NCBI RefSeq assembly: GCF_054482525.1
Contig: NZ_CM137006.1
Strand: one strand, 5' to 3'
Length of the DNA stretch: 64,000 bases
Both the position numbers and the translations under genes were made by a program. How positions within the stretch are numbered: the first letter of the stretch is position 1; the number at the start of each line of letters is the position of its first letter. The notes beneath the pieces are model-generated. The model had not been told where the DNA came from, searched no databases, and saw nothing but the letters and a program-made list of their open reading frames with translations. Positions 53,738 through 64,000 of the stretch are shown here, in pieces.

Positions 53738-54772
53738 ATGGCTTACTCTGTTCAAAAGTCGCGCCTGGCAAAGGTTGCGGGTGTTTCGCTTGTTTTATTA
53801 CTCGCTGCCTGTAGTTCTGACTCACGCTATAAGCGTCAGGTCAGTGGTGATGAAGCCTACCTGGAAGCGGCACCGCTTGCGGAGCTTCATGCCCCGGCTG
53901 GAATGATTTTGCCGGTGACCTCCGGTGATTATGCAATCCCGGTGACCAACGGTAGTGGTGCTGTCGGTAAGGCGCTGGACATTCGTCCACCAGCCCAGCC
54001 GCTGGCACTGGTTTCTGGCGCGCGTACCCAGTTCACGGGCGATACCGCTTCATTGCTGGTGGAAAATGGTCGTGGCAATACTCTGTGGCCGCAGGTGGTT
54101 AGCGTGCTGCAGGCGAAAAACTACACCATCACCCAACGTGATGATGCTGGTCAGACACTGACCACCGATTGGGTACAATGGAACCGTCTGGACGAAGACG
54201 AGCAGTATCGTGGTCGTTATCAAATCTCTGTTAAGCCGCAGGGTTATCAGCAGGCGGTTACGGTTAAACTGCTGAACCTGGAACAGGCGGGCAAACCGGT
54301 TGCAGACGCGGCTTCCATGCAGCGTTACAGCACGGAGATGATGAACGTTATTTCCGCCGGTCTGGATAAATCTGCCACTGACGCCGCGAACGCTGCGCAA
54401 AATCGTGCCTCCACCACTATGGACGTACAAAGTGCAGCTGATGACACCGGTTTACCGATGCTGGTCGTACGCGGGCCGTTCAATGTGGTTTGGCAACGTC
54501 TGCCAGCGGCGCTGGAAAAAGTGGGCATGAAAGTGACCGACAGCACCCGTTCGCAGGGTAACATGGCCGTAACTTACAAGCCGCTGTCTGACAGCGACTG
54601 GCAGGAACTGGGCGCGAGCGATCCAGGCCTGGCATCCGGTGACTATAAACTGCAGGTTGGCGATTTAGATAACCGCAGCAGCCTACAGTTCATCGATCCG
54701 AAAGGTCATACTCTGACTCAGAGTCAGAACGACGCGCTGGTAGCTGTCTTCCAGGCTGCGTTTAGCAAGTAA
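53738..54772 (+). CDS. bamC: Outer-membrane assembly lipoprotein BamC
   Basis: 344 aa, LLAAC lipobox, synteny. Confidence 0.95.
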
Positions 54773-54779
54773 AAATACA

Positions 54780-54805
54780 GGGCTGGAGTCATCCGGCCCT
54801 TTTTT
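54780..54805 (+). terminator. bamC intrinsic terminator
   Basis: GGGCTGGAgtcaTCCGGCCCtttttt. Confidence 0.6.
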
Positions 54806-55520
54806 GTGCACAGAAAACCCCCAGCTAGGCTGGGGGTTCCGGAAAGCTTTCAGCTTTAAGCCAGTTATTAAAACCCCTTTTGATTTGTTAAAACACCTTG
54901 CGGTCTGGCAACTGCAAGTGTCAAACAAGAAATCAAAAGGGGGTCCCAATGGGGAACGAAAAGAGCTTAGCGCACACCCGATGGAACTGTAAATATCACA
55001 TAGTTTTTGCGCCAAAATACCGAAGACAGGTGTTCTACAGAGAGAAGCGTAGAGCAATAGGCAGTATTTTGAGAAAGCTGTGTGAGTGGAAAAGTGTACG
55101 GATTCTGGAAGCTGAATGCTGTGCAGATCATATCCATATGCTTGTGGAGATCCCGCCCAAAATGAGCGTATCCGGCTTTATGGGATATCTGAAAGGGAAA
55201 AGCAGTCTGATGCTTTACGAGCAGTTTGGTGATTTGAAATTCAAATACAGGAACAGGGAGTTCTGGTGCAGAGGGTACTACGTCGATACGGTGGGTAAGA
55301 ACACGGCGAAGATACAGGATTACATAAAGCACCAGCTTGAAGAGGATAAAATGGGAGAGCAGTTATCGATTCCCTATCCGGGCAGCCCGTTTACGGGCCG
55401 TAAGTAACGAAGTTGGATGCAAATGTCAGATCGTGTGCGCCTGTTAGGGCGCGGCTGGTAAGAGAGCCTTATAGGCGCATTTGAAAAACCTCCGGCTATG
55501 CCGGAGGATATTTATTCTGA
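54806..55520 (+). mobile_element. IS200-family insertion sequence (IS200/IS605 family), absent at this locus in K-12
   Basis: ~0.7 kb element with left-end hairpin CCCCCAGCtaggCTGGGGG, single tnpA, right-end hairpin CCTCCGGCtatgCCGGAGG; no terminal inverted repeats. Ends approximate to about 30 bp. Confidence 0.7.
54949..55407 (+). CDS. tnpA: IS200 transposase TnpA (HUH Y1 transposase), 152 aa
   Basis: MGNEKSLAHTRWNCKYHIVFAPKYRRQ...AECCADHIHMLVEIPPK is near-identical to recalled Salmonella IS200 TnpA. Confidence 0.9.
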   Translation: MGNEKSLAHTRWNCKYHIVFAPKYRRQVFYREKRRAIGSILRKLCEWKSVRILEAECCADHIHMLVEIPPKMSVSGFMGYLKGKSSLMLYEQFGDLKFKYRNREFWCRGYYVDTVGKNTAKIQDYIKHQLEEDKMGEQLSIPYPGSPFTGRK

Positions 55521-55526
55521 TATGAT

Positions 55527-55542
55527 ACGCAAACGTGTGCGT
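55527..55542 (+). promoter_or_regulatory. Candidate PurR operator of purC
   Basis: ACGCAAACGTGTGCGT, 15/16 match to the PurR palindrome, just right of the IS200 end. Confidence 0.45.
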
Positions 55543-55588
55543 CGGCAGGAAAACGCGATTTTAGCGGTAATTCGCACTAAATTTGTTT

Positions 55589-55632
<44 letters not shown>

Positions 55633-55696
55633 ACATCCGGCACACCAGACAGCAAAAGATTTTAAAAACGTTAATTCACACCCAGGAGTGATAAAG

Positions 55697-56410
55697 ATGC
55701 AAAAGCAAGCTGAGTTGTATCGTGGTAAAGCGAAAACCGTATACAGCACGGAAAACCCGGACCTGTTGGTGCTCGAATTCCGCAATGATACTTCAGCAGG
55801 GGATGGCGCGCGTATTGAGCAGTTTGATCGCAAAGGTATGGTGAACAACAAGTTCAACTACTTCATTATGAGCAAACTGGCTGAAGCAGGTATCCCGACT
55901 CAAATGGAGCGTCTGCTCTCCGATACCGAATGTCTGGTGAAAAAGCTGGATATGGTGCCGGTTGAGTGTGTCGTGCGTAACCGTGCTGCTGGCTCTCTGG
56001 TGAAACGTCTTGGAATCGAAGAAGGTATTGAGCTGAACCCGCCGCTGTTCGATCTGTTCCTGAAAAACGACGCCATGCACGATCCGATGGTCAACGAATC
56101 TTACTGCGAAACCTTTGGCTGGGTGAGCAAAGAGAACCTGGCGCGTATGAAAGAGCTGACCTACAAAGCGAACGACGTGCTGAAAAAACTGTTCGATGAT
56201 GCTGGTCTGATTTTGGTCGACTTTAAGCTGGAGTTTGGCCTGTACAAAGGTGAAGTGGTACTGGGCGATGAGTTCTCCCCGGACGGCAGCCGCTTGTGGG
56301 ACAAAGAAACGCTGGAGAAAATGGACAAAGACCGTTTCCGCCAGAGCCTCGGTGGCCTGATCGAGGCCTATGAAGCCGTCGCCCGCCGCCTGGGTGTACA
56401 GCTGGACTGA
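55697..56410 (+). CDS. purC: SAICAR synthetase
   Basis: Track ORF from 55583; K-12 start [16 protein letters not shown] at 55697 (237 aa). Confidence 0.95.
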
Positions 56411-56577
56411 TTTTTCTGCTCATCATCTTGCCGTGCAGCTGGCACGGCAAGACAACCGCTCTCGGAAGATGTGCATTGAACGCTCATTCCTCCGCCATTT
56501 CATCCCGCTTTCCTGTGGTAATCTTCCTCTGAACCACCTACGATCATTTCTATAATGAATATATTGTTGAGGTATCT

Positions 56578-57441
56578 ATGCGTTGGCAAGGGCGACGTGA
56601 AAGTGACAATGTTGAAGACAGGCGCAACAGCTCTGGTGGTCCGTCAATGGGCGGTCCAGGTTTTCGCCTGCCAAGCGGTAAAGGCGGGCTGATTTTACTG
56701 ATAGTCGTGCTGGTTGCAGGCTACTATGGCGTTGATTTAACCGGGTTGATGACCGGACAGCCGGTTTCCCAACAGCAATCAACACGGTCAATTAGTCCTA
56801 ATGAAGACGAAGCCGCAAAATTCACTTCGGTGATTCTGGCAACCACGGAAGACACCTGGGGACAGCAATTCGAGAAGATGGGTAAAACCTATCAGCAACC
56901 GAAGCTGGTCATGTACCGTGGAATGACGCGCACCGGCTGCGGGGCGGGCCAGTCCATTATGGGACCGTTCTATTGCCCGGCGGATGGCACGGTTTATATC
57001 GATCTCTCCTTCTATGATGACATGAAAGACAAACTTGGCGCGGATGGCGATTTTGCCCAGGGGTACGTTATCGCCCATGAAGTCGGTCATCATGTGCAGA
57101 AACTGTTAGGCATCGAGCCGAAAGTTCGTCAACTGCAACAAAACGCGACGCAGGCGGAAGTGAACCGCTTATCTGTGCGTATGGAACTCCAGGCCGACTG
57201 TTTTGCCGGTGTCTGGGGGCATAGTATGCAGCAGCAAGGTGTTCTGGAAACCGGCGATCTGGAAGAGGCGCTGAACGCGGCGCAGGCCATCGGCGATGAC
57301 CGTTTACAACAGCAAAGTCAGGGGCGAGTAGTACCAGACAGTTTCACTCATGGCACTTCTCAGCAACGCTACAGCTGGTTTAAACGTGGTTTCGACAGCG
57401 GTGATCCGGCACAATGCAATACTTTTGGTAAAAGCATTTAA
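56578..57441 (+). CDS. ypfJ: Putative zinc metalloprotease YpfJ
   Basis: 287 aa, HEVGHH zinc-binding motif, synteny. Confidence 0.9.
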
Positions 57442-57455
57442 CTTCCGGGGCAGGG

Positions 57456-59471
57456 ATGGCTGAACTGACTGCGCTTCACACATTAACAGCGCAAATGAAA
57501 CGTGAAGGGATCCGCCGCTTGCTGGTGTTGAGCGGGGAAGAGGGTTGGTGTTTTGATCATGCGCTTAAGTTGCGTGATGCCTTACCTGGCGACTGGCTGT
57601 GGATTTCGCCGCAGCCAGTCGCTGAAAACCACTGTTTTCCCTCGGCGCTACAAACTTTACTTGGGCGCGAATTCCGGCATGCGGTATTCGACGCCCGTCA
57701 CGGCTTTGATGCCGCTGCCTTTGCCGCACTTAGCGGAACGTTGAAAGCGGGAAGCTGGCTGGTGTTGTTACTCCCTGTATGGGAAGAGTGGGAAAACCAA
57801 CCTGATGCCGACTCGCTGCGCTGGAGTGATTGCCCTGACCCTATTGCGACGCCGCATTTTGTCCAGCATCTCAAACGCGTACTTACGGCGAATAACGACG
57901 CTATCCTCTGGCGGCAGAACCAGCAGTTCTCGTTGGCGCATTTTGCTCCCCGTACTGACTGGCACCCCGCTACCGGCGCACCACAACCAGAACAACAGCA
58001 ACTCTTACAGCAGTTACTGACCATGCCGCCGGGCGTGGCAGCGGTAACTGCTGCGCGTGGGCGCGGTAAATCGGCGTTGGCAGGGCAACTCATTTCTCGT
58101 ATTGCGGGCAGTGCGATTGTCACCGCGCCCGCAAAAGCGGCAACGGATGTACTGGCACAATTTGCGGGCGAGAAGTTTCGCTTTATTGCACCGGATGCCT
58201 TGTTAGCCAGCGATGAGCAAGCCGACTGGCTGGTGGTCGATGAAGCCGCAGCCATACCTGCGCCGTTGTTGCATCAACTGGTATCGCGTTTTCCTCGAAC
58301 GTTGTTAACCACTACGGTGCAGGGCTACGAAGGCACCGGACGTGGTTTTTTGCTGAAATTTTGCGCTCGCTTTCCGCATTTACACCGTTTTGAACTGCAA
58401 CAACCGATCCGCTGGGCGCAGGGATGCCCGCTGGAAAAAATGGTTAGTGAGGCACTGGTGTTTGACGATGAAAACTTCACCCATACACCACAAGGCAATA
58501 TCGTCATTGCCGCATTTGAACAGACGTTATGGCGAAGTGAGCCAGAAACGCCGTTAAAGGTTTATCAATTATTGTCTGGTGCGCACTACCGGACTTCGCC
58601 GCTGGATTTACGCCGCATGATGGATGCACCAGGTCAACATTTTTTACAGGCGGCTGGCGAAAACGAGATTGCCGGAGCGCTGTGGCTGGTGGATGAGGGC
58701 GGATTATCTCAACAACTCAGTCAGGCGGTATGGGCAGGTTTTCGTCGCCCTCGGGGTAATCTGGTGGCCCAGTCGCTGGCGGCGCACGGCAGCAATCCAC
58801 TGGCAGCGACATTGCGCGGAAGGCGGGTCAGCCGAATAGCAGTTCATCCGGCTCGTCAGCGGGAAGGCACAGGTCAGCAACTGATTGCTGGTGCTTTGCA
58901 ATATACGCAAGGCCTCGACTATCTTTCGGTGAGTTTTGGTTACACCGGGGAATTATGGCGTTTCTGGCAACGCTGCGGTTTTGTGCTGGTGCGAATGGGT
59001 AATCATCGTGAAGCCAGCAGCGGTTGCTATACGGCGATGGCACTGTTACCGATGAGTGATGCGGGTAAACAGCTGGCTGAACGTGAGCATTACCGTTTAC
59101 GTCGCGATGCGCAAGCTTTCGCGCAGTGGAATGGCGAAATGCTTCCTGTTGATCCACTAAACGATATCGTGCTTTCTGACGACGACTGGCTTGAACTGGC
59201 CGGTTTTGCTTTCGCTCATCGTCCGCTATTAACGTCGTTAGGTTGCTTAATGCGTCTGTTACAAACCAGCGAACTGGCATTACCGGCGCTGCGTGGGCGT
59301 TTACAGAAAAACGCCAGTGACGCGCAGTTATGTACCACACTTAAACTTTCAGGCCGTAAGCTGTTACTGGTCCGTCAACGCGAAGAAGCCGCGCAGGCGC
59401 TGTTCGCACTTAATGATGTTCGCACTGAGCGTCTGCGCGATCGCATAACGCAATGGCAATTTTTTCACTGA
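57456..59471 (+). CDS. tmcA: tRNA(Met) cytidine acetyltransferase TmcA
   Basis: 671 aa, Walker A (ARGRGKSA) plus C-terminal acetyltransferase region. Confidence 0.9.
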   Translation: MAELTALHTLTAQMKREGIRRLLVLSGEEGWCFDHALKLRDALPGDWLWISPQPVAENHCFPSALQTLLGREFRHAVFDARHGFDAAAFAALSGTLKAGSWLVLLLPVWEEWENQPDADSLRWSDCPDPIATPHFVQHLKRVLTANNDAILWRQNQQFSLAHFAPRTDWHPATGAPQPEQQQLLQQLLTMPPGVAAVTAARGRGKSALAGQLISRIAGSAIVTAPAKAATDVLAQFAGEKFRFIAPDALLASDEQADWLVVDEAAAIPAPLLHQLVSRFPRTLLTTTVQGYEGTGRGFLLKFCARFPHLHRFELQQPIRWAQGCPLEKMVSEALVFDDENFTHTPQGNIVIAAFEQTLWRSEPETPLKVYQLLSGAHYRTSPLDLRRMMDAPGQHFLQAAGENEIAGALWLVDEGGLSQQLSQAVWAGFRRPRGNLVAQSLAAHGSNPLAATLRGRRVSRIAVHPARQREGTGQQLIAGALQYTQGLDYLSVSFGYTGELWRFWQRCGFVLVRMGNHREASSGCYTAMALLPMSDAGKQLAEREHYRLRRDAQAFAQWNGEMLPVDPLNDIVLSDDDWLELAGFAFAHRPLLTSLGCLMRLLQTSELALPALRGRLQKNASDAQLCTTLKLSGRKLLLVRQREEAAQALFALNDVRTERLRDRITQWQFFH

Positions 59472-59544
59472 CTCCTTCAATTTTCTCCCATGGTCATTGT
59501 GAGTCAGCGGCGTAAAATTAATGACATCAGTTAAGGAGTTCGCC

Positions 59545-60243
59545 ATGAAACATGACCATTTTGTTGTTCAAAGCCCGGATAAACCTGCGCAACAGTTGTT
59601 ACTGCTTTTCCACGGTGTCGGGGATAACCCGGTGGCAATGGGGGAAATAGGCAGCTGGTTTGCGCCGCTATTTCCTGATGCGCTGGTGGTGAGTGTCGGA
59701 GGCGCGGAGCCGAGCGGTAATCCGGCGGGGCGACAGTGGTTTTCGGTGCAGGGTATTACGGAAGATAATCGCCAGGCGCGTGTGGATGCCATCATGCCGA
59801 CGTTTATTGAGACGGTGCGCTACTGGCAGAAACAGAGCGGAGTAGGGGCTACCGCCACGGCGTTAATCGGTTTCTCTCAAGGCGCGATTATGGCGCTGGA
59901 GAGCATTAAAGCCGAACCGGGCCTTGCCTCACGCGTCATTGCCTTTAACGGACGCTATGCGAGCCTGCCGGAAACCGCGTCTACAGCCACGACAATTCAC
60001 CTGATTCATGGCGGTGAAGATCCGGTTATCGATCTGGCGCATGCGGTTGCGGCGCAGGAAACGTTAATCAGTGCCGGTGGTGACGTGACGCTGGATATCG
60101 TGGAGGATTTAGGCCATGCGATCGACAATCGCAGTATGCAATTTGCCCTGGATCACTTGCGTTATACCATTCCGAAACATTATTTCGACGAAGCGCTAAG
60201 TGGCGGTAAGCCTGGCGATGATGATGTGATTGAAATGATGTAA
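59545..60243 (+). CDS. ypfH: Esterase YpfH
   Basis: Track ORF from 59521; ATG at 59545 with AAGGAG Shine-Dalgarno (232 aa). Confidence 0.85.
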   Translation: MKHDHFVVQSPDKPAQQLLLLFHGVGDNPVAMGEIGSWFAPLFPDALVVSVGGAEPSGNPAGRQWFSVQGITEDNRQARVDAIMPTFIETVRYWQKQSGVGATATALIGFSQGAIMALESIKAEPGLASRVIAFNGRYASLPETASTATTIHLIHGGEDPVIDLAHAVAAQETLISAGGDVTLDIVEDLGHAIDNRSMQFALDHLRYTIPKHYFDEALSGGKPGDDDVIEMM

Positions 60244-60248
60244 TAATA

Positions 60249-60316
60249 GCCGGGTAGGCCTGATAAGACTGTTTCAGGCATCATGGCCGGATGTGGCGTG
60301 AACGCCTTATCCGGCC
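60249..60316. repeat. REP elements between ypfH and ypfN
   Basis: gccggatgtggcgtgaacgccttatccggcc plus a partial second copy. Confidence 0.5.
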
Positions 60317-60323
60317 ACTCAGC

Positions 60324-60524
60324 TCACTTCTTCGGTTGATCCTTTTTCGGCCAGTCGTCGTCATCGTCCCACTTATCGTTGAAATCACGATGCGGGGGAA
60401 GCTCCGGCTTGTTGGCGAGAAATTTCTTATGGTCGACGCGCTTGAGATCTTTAATCACGTTCAGCAGGACGCCTACCAAAAAGACAATCACCAGAATCCA
60501 CCAATATTTAGCCAGCCAGTCCAT
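60324..60524 (-). CDS. ypfN: Small membrane protein YpfN, 66 aa
   Basis: Track ORF to 60548; K-12 start MDWLAKYWW at 60524; acidic C-terminal tail. Confidence 0.8.
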
Positions 60525-60551
60525 GCTTATTTCCTCTTGCAGAACCACTCA

Positions 60552-61679
60552 TCAGGCGACGAGCTGTTCCATGATACGTTGATACATACGGGCAAGTAGC
60601 TGCAGGTCGGCAGCGTTCACACATTCATTAATTTTATGAATAGTTGCATTGACCGGCCCGAGTTCCACCACCTGCGCCCCCATGCGGGCAATAAAGCGCC
60701 CGTCGGACGTTCCGCCTGTGGTCAGTAGCTGCGGTTTAATTTCATTATAGTGCTCAACCGCGTTAACGACCGCATCCACCAGTTTACCGCGCGCGGTCAA
60801 AAATGGCTGCCCGGAAAGCCACCATTCCACCGTATAACGCAGTTGATGTTTTTCAAGCAGGGCAAGCACCTGCGCTTTGATCATCTCATCAGTCAGTTCG
60901 GTGCTGAAGCGGAAGTTAAACTGCACAAACAGTTCACCCGGAATAACGTTGTTACTGCCCGTTCCCGCCTGAATATTGGCAATCTGCATACTGGTCGCCG
61001 GGAAGAATTCATTGCCCTGATCCCACTCAATAGCCACTAATTCATTAAGGAAAGGTGCTGCGCGATGTACCGGATTGTCAGCCAGATGTGGGTAGGCAAC
61101 ATGCCCCTGCACGCCATGAATGGTGAGGTTGCAGGTTAACGATCCGCGACGACCATTTTTCACCACATCACCTACCACTTCGATACTCGACGGTTCGCCA
61201 ACCAGGCAGTAATCGAGACGCTCATTACGTGCCATCAACGCTTCGACGACTTTTACCGTACCGTTATGGGCACTGGCTTCCTCATCAGAAGTGATCAGAA
61301 ATGCCAGTCGCCCCGTATGGTTGGGATGTTGTGCGACAAAGCGTTCTGCCGCTACCACCATCGCTGCCAGCGAGCCTTTCATATCTGCCGCACCGCGCCC
61401 GAATAACATACCGTCACGAATGGTGGGTTCAAACGGCGGATTGATCCAACGATCGGCGTCGCCAGGCGGCACCACGTCGGTATGCCCGGCAAAGGCCAAC
61501 GTTTCACCTTGCCCACGCCATGCCCAAAAATTCTGCGTATCGGCAAAATCCATGCGTTCAACGGTAAAACCGATCGCCTGCAAACGTTCAATCAACAAAG
61601 CCTGGCATCCTGCGTCATCAGGACTCAGGGAAGGGCGGCGAATAAGCTGTTGTGTCAGCTCAATAACCGGGCACGACAT
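60552..61679 (-). CDS. dapE: Succinyl-diaminopimelate desuccinylase
   Basis: 375 aa, M20 peptidase family, synteny. Confidence 0.95.
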   Translation of the reverse strand: MSCPVIELTQQLIRRPSLSPDDAGCQALLIERLQAIGFTVERMDFADTQNFWAWRGQGETLAFAGHTDVVPPGDADRWINPPFEPTIRDGMLFGRGAADMKGSLAAMVVAAERFVAQHPNHTGRLAFLITSDEEASAHNGTVKVVEALMARNERLDYCLVGEPSSIEVVGDVVKNGRRGSLTCNLTIHGVQGHVAYPHLADNPVHRAAPFLNELVAIEWDQGNEFFPATSMQIANIQAGTGSNNVIPGELFVQFNFRFSTELTDEMIKAQVLALLEKHQLRYTVEWWLSGQPFLTARGKLVDAVVNAVEHYNEIKPQLLTTGGTSDGRFIARMGAQVVELGPVNATIHKINECVNAADLQLLARMYQRIMEQLVA

Positions 61680-61682
61680 AGA

Positions 61683-62057
<375 letters not shown>

Positions 62058-62419
62058 TTATGAGAATAAATACTCATTTAAGAGTGAAAACATTTTGCCT
62101 GCAAATGATTATCAGGAAATATAACATTATCGAAGTATTCAAATTAACAACTATTAAATAATATTAAACATTTTTAACGTAAACATTAAGAATATTCATC
62201 TTGTTATCTGTCTGTATTTTAACCAGAATTAAATCAGTATTAGATGCCGTATGAATATCTCGAAATGTTGCTGTGTATCACATACAAATCATCACCGCAG
62301 GACCATAGTATTTACATAAGGTTTGTCCCCCGGAGGTAGTCATCGCAGCAATCGAGTAAATTAGCTTCACCACGGTATATTGTTTCCGTAGAATACCCAT
62401 AATTATAAGAGAGGTTGTT

Positions 62420-62479
62420 ATGATTGAACGTGAACTGGGGAACTGGAAAGACTTTATCGAAGTTATGCTTCGTAAGTAA
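62420..62479 (+). CDS. ypfM: Small protein YpfM, 19 aa
   Basis: MIERELGNWKDFIEVMLRK with GAGAGG Shine-Dalgarno; below ORF-track cutoff. Confidence 0.5.
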   Translation: MIERELGNWKDFIEVMLRK

Positions 62480-62577
62480 TTCCTGAGACAAAGTACAAAC
62501 AGCAAGAACCCGCTGAGCAGGTTCTTAATCGGAAAGTTGAAAAAGGCGACACATTGGCATGTCGCCTTTTTTATTGC

Positions 62578-64000
62578 TTATTCCGGGCGCGGCTTCAGCG
62601 GGAAGCGGCGGCGCACCAGCACAAAGAACAGCGGCACGAAGTAAATAGCCAGAATAGTGGCCGAAATCATCCCGCCCATTACGCCAGTACCCACCGCATG
62701 CTGACCACCGGAACCGGCACCCGTGCTGGTTGCCATTGGCAATACGCCGAAGATAAATGCCAGCGAGGTCATCAGAATCGGGCGTAAACGCTGACGGCAG
62801 GCGTGGAGCGTCGCTTCAAACAGGTCGTGGCCTTTTTGGTTCATCTCGTTAGCAAACTCGACGATCAGGATGGCGTTTTTCGCCGATAAACCAATGACCG
62901 TTAACAGGCCCACCTGGAAGTAAACGTCGTTTTCCAGCCCGCGCATCCAGGTTGCCAGCAGCGCGCCGATAACCCCCAGCGGCACGACCAGCATTACCGA
63001 GAACGGCACCGACCAGCTTTCATACAGCGCCGCCAGACACAGGAATACCACCAGCAAGGAAATAGCGTACAGCGCCGGAGCCTGCGCGCCGGAAAGCCGC
63101 TCCTGATACGACATCGCCGTCCACTCCAGACCAAAGCCGTTTGGCAACTGCTTCACTAACGATTCCATAATATCCATCGCCGTACCGGTACTGACCCCCG
63201 GTGCGGCTTCCCCAACAATCTCAACCGCAGAATAACCGTTATAGCGTTCCAGACGCGGCGAGCCTGTCTCCCAGCGTGAGGTCGCGAAAGCAGAGAAGGG
63301 CACCATGCCGCCATCTTTATTTCGGACATACCAGAGATTGATATCATCTGGCAGCATGCGATACGGCGCAGCTGCCTGCACATAGACTTTCTTCACGCGA
63401 CCGCGATCCATAAAGTCATTCACATAGCTCGAACCCCAGGCGGTTTGCAGTGTGTCGTTAATATCGTCGATAGCAACGCCCAGCGCCTGAGCTTTACGCT
63501 GGTCGATATCAATCTGCAACTGCGGACTGTCGTCGAGGCCGTTATGGCGCACACGGGTTAGCTCCGGGTTTTCCGCCGCCAGCGCCAGCAACTGGTTACG
63601 TGCTGCCATCAGCGCATCGTGACCCGCTCCAGCGTGGTCCTGCAACTCCATATCAAAACCCGCAGAACTACCAAGACCGCTAATTGCTGGCGGGCTGCTG
63701 GCGATAACGCGAGCTTCTTTAATCTTGTTAAACGCCTTCGTTGCACGCTCGATAATGGCAAACGAGGTGCCGGTCTTACTGTCGCGTTCGCTCCAGTCTT
63801 TCAGGCGGATAAACATTCTCGCCACGTTTTGCCCGTTACCCCCAGGGCCAGAACCAACAGTGGCAAACACCGACATGATGTTGTCTTTTTCATGGGTGAA
63901 GTAGTATTTCTCGATTTGCTCAACGACTTTCAGGGTCTGTTGTTGGGTTGAACCGCTGGGCAACTGTACCGAGGTAGTAAACATGCCCCGGTCTTCCAGT
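62578..64000 (-). CDS. acrD: RND efflux pump AcrD, C-terminal part (5' end beyond window)
   Basis: Frame open to the window end; RND transmembrane/periplasmic region; stop at 62578. Confidence 0.9.
   Translation of the reverse strand, partial: LEDRGMFTTSVQLPSGSTQQQTLKVVEQIEKYYFTHEKDNIMSVFATVGSGPGGNGQNVARMFIRLKDWSERDSKTGTSFAIIERATKAFNKIKEARVIASSPPAISGLGSSAGFDMELQDHAGAGHDALMAARNQLLALAAENPELTRVRHNGLDDSPQLQIDIDQRKAQALGVAIDDINDTLQTAWGSSYVNDFMDRGRVKKVYVQAAAPYRMLPDDINLWYVRNKDGGMVPFSAFATSRWETGSPRLERYNGYSAVEIVGEAAPGVSTGTAMDIMESLVKQLPNGFGLEWTAMSYQERLSGAQAPALYAISLLVVFLCLAALYESWSVPFSVMLVVPLGVIGALLATWMRGLENDVYFQVGLLTVIGLSAKNAILIVEFANEMNQKGHDLFEATLHACRQRLRPILMTSLAFIFGVLPMATSTGAGSGGQHAVGTGVMGGMISATILAIYFVPLFFVLVRRRFPLKPRPE

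Overview
The window has two parts. Positions 1 to ~21.6 kb are the right-hand portion of a prophage whose left end lies outside the window. Its + strand carries a podovirus-type virion module in T7-like order (putative capsid, Tphi-like terminator, adaptor-like and nozzle-like proteins, five internal virion proteins, a tailspike with a T7 gp17-like N-terminus), then a lysis cassette (holin-like proteins, GH19 endolysin, Rz with embedded Rz1). The prophage ends at a copy of the last codons of guaA plus the guaA terminator (~21584-21652), which fits integration at the guaA 3' end. Between the internal virion genes and the tailspike sits an AT-rich accessory island, mostly on the opposite strand: small membrane proteins, a signal-peptide mini-ORF, a toxin-like 181-aa gene with an overlapping small upstream ORF, a Bro-N antirepressor-like gene, and an 85-90 aa paralog of its C-terminal domain preceded by a near-consensus LexA box. 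This island is the best candidate for undescribed biology here. The rest (21.7-64 kb) is conserved E. coli K-12-like core in inverted K-12 orientation: yfgI-yfgH-yfgG, pdeF, ppx-ppk, purN-purM, upp-uraA, hda, yfgD, bepA, perM, focB, hyfR, the complete hyfJ-hyfA operon, bcp, gcvR, dapA, bamC, purC, ypfJ, tmcA, ypfH, ypfN, dapE, yffB, ypfM and the 3' part of acrD. The one non-K-12 feature in the core is an IS200-family element between bamC and purC. No rRNA, tRNA or CRISPR array was found. All calls rest on reading the sequence and ORF track and on recalled protein families; no searches were run.
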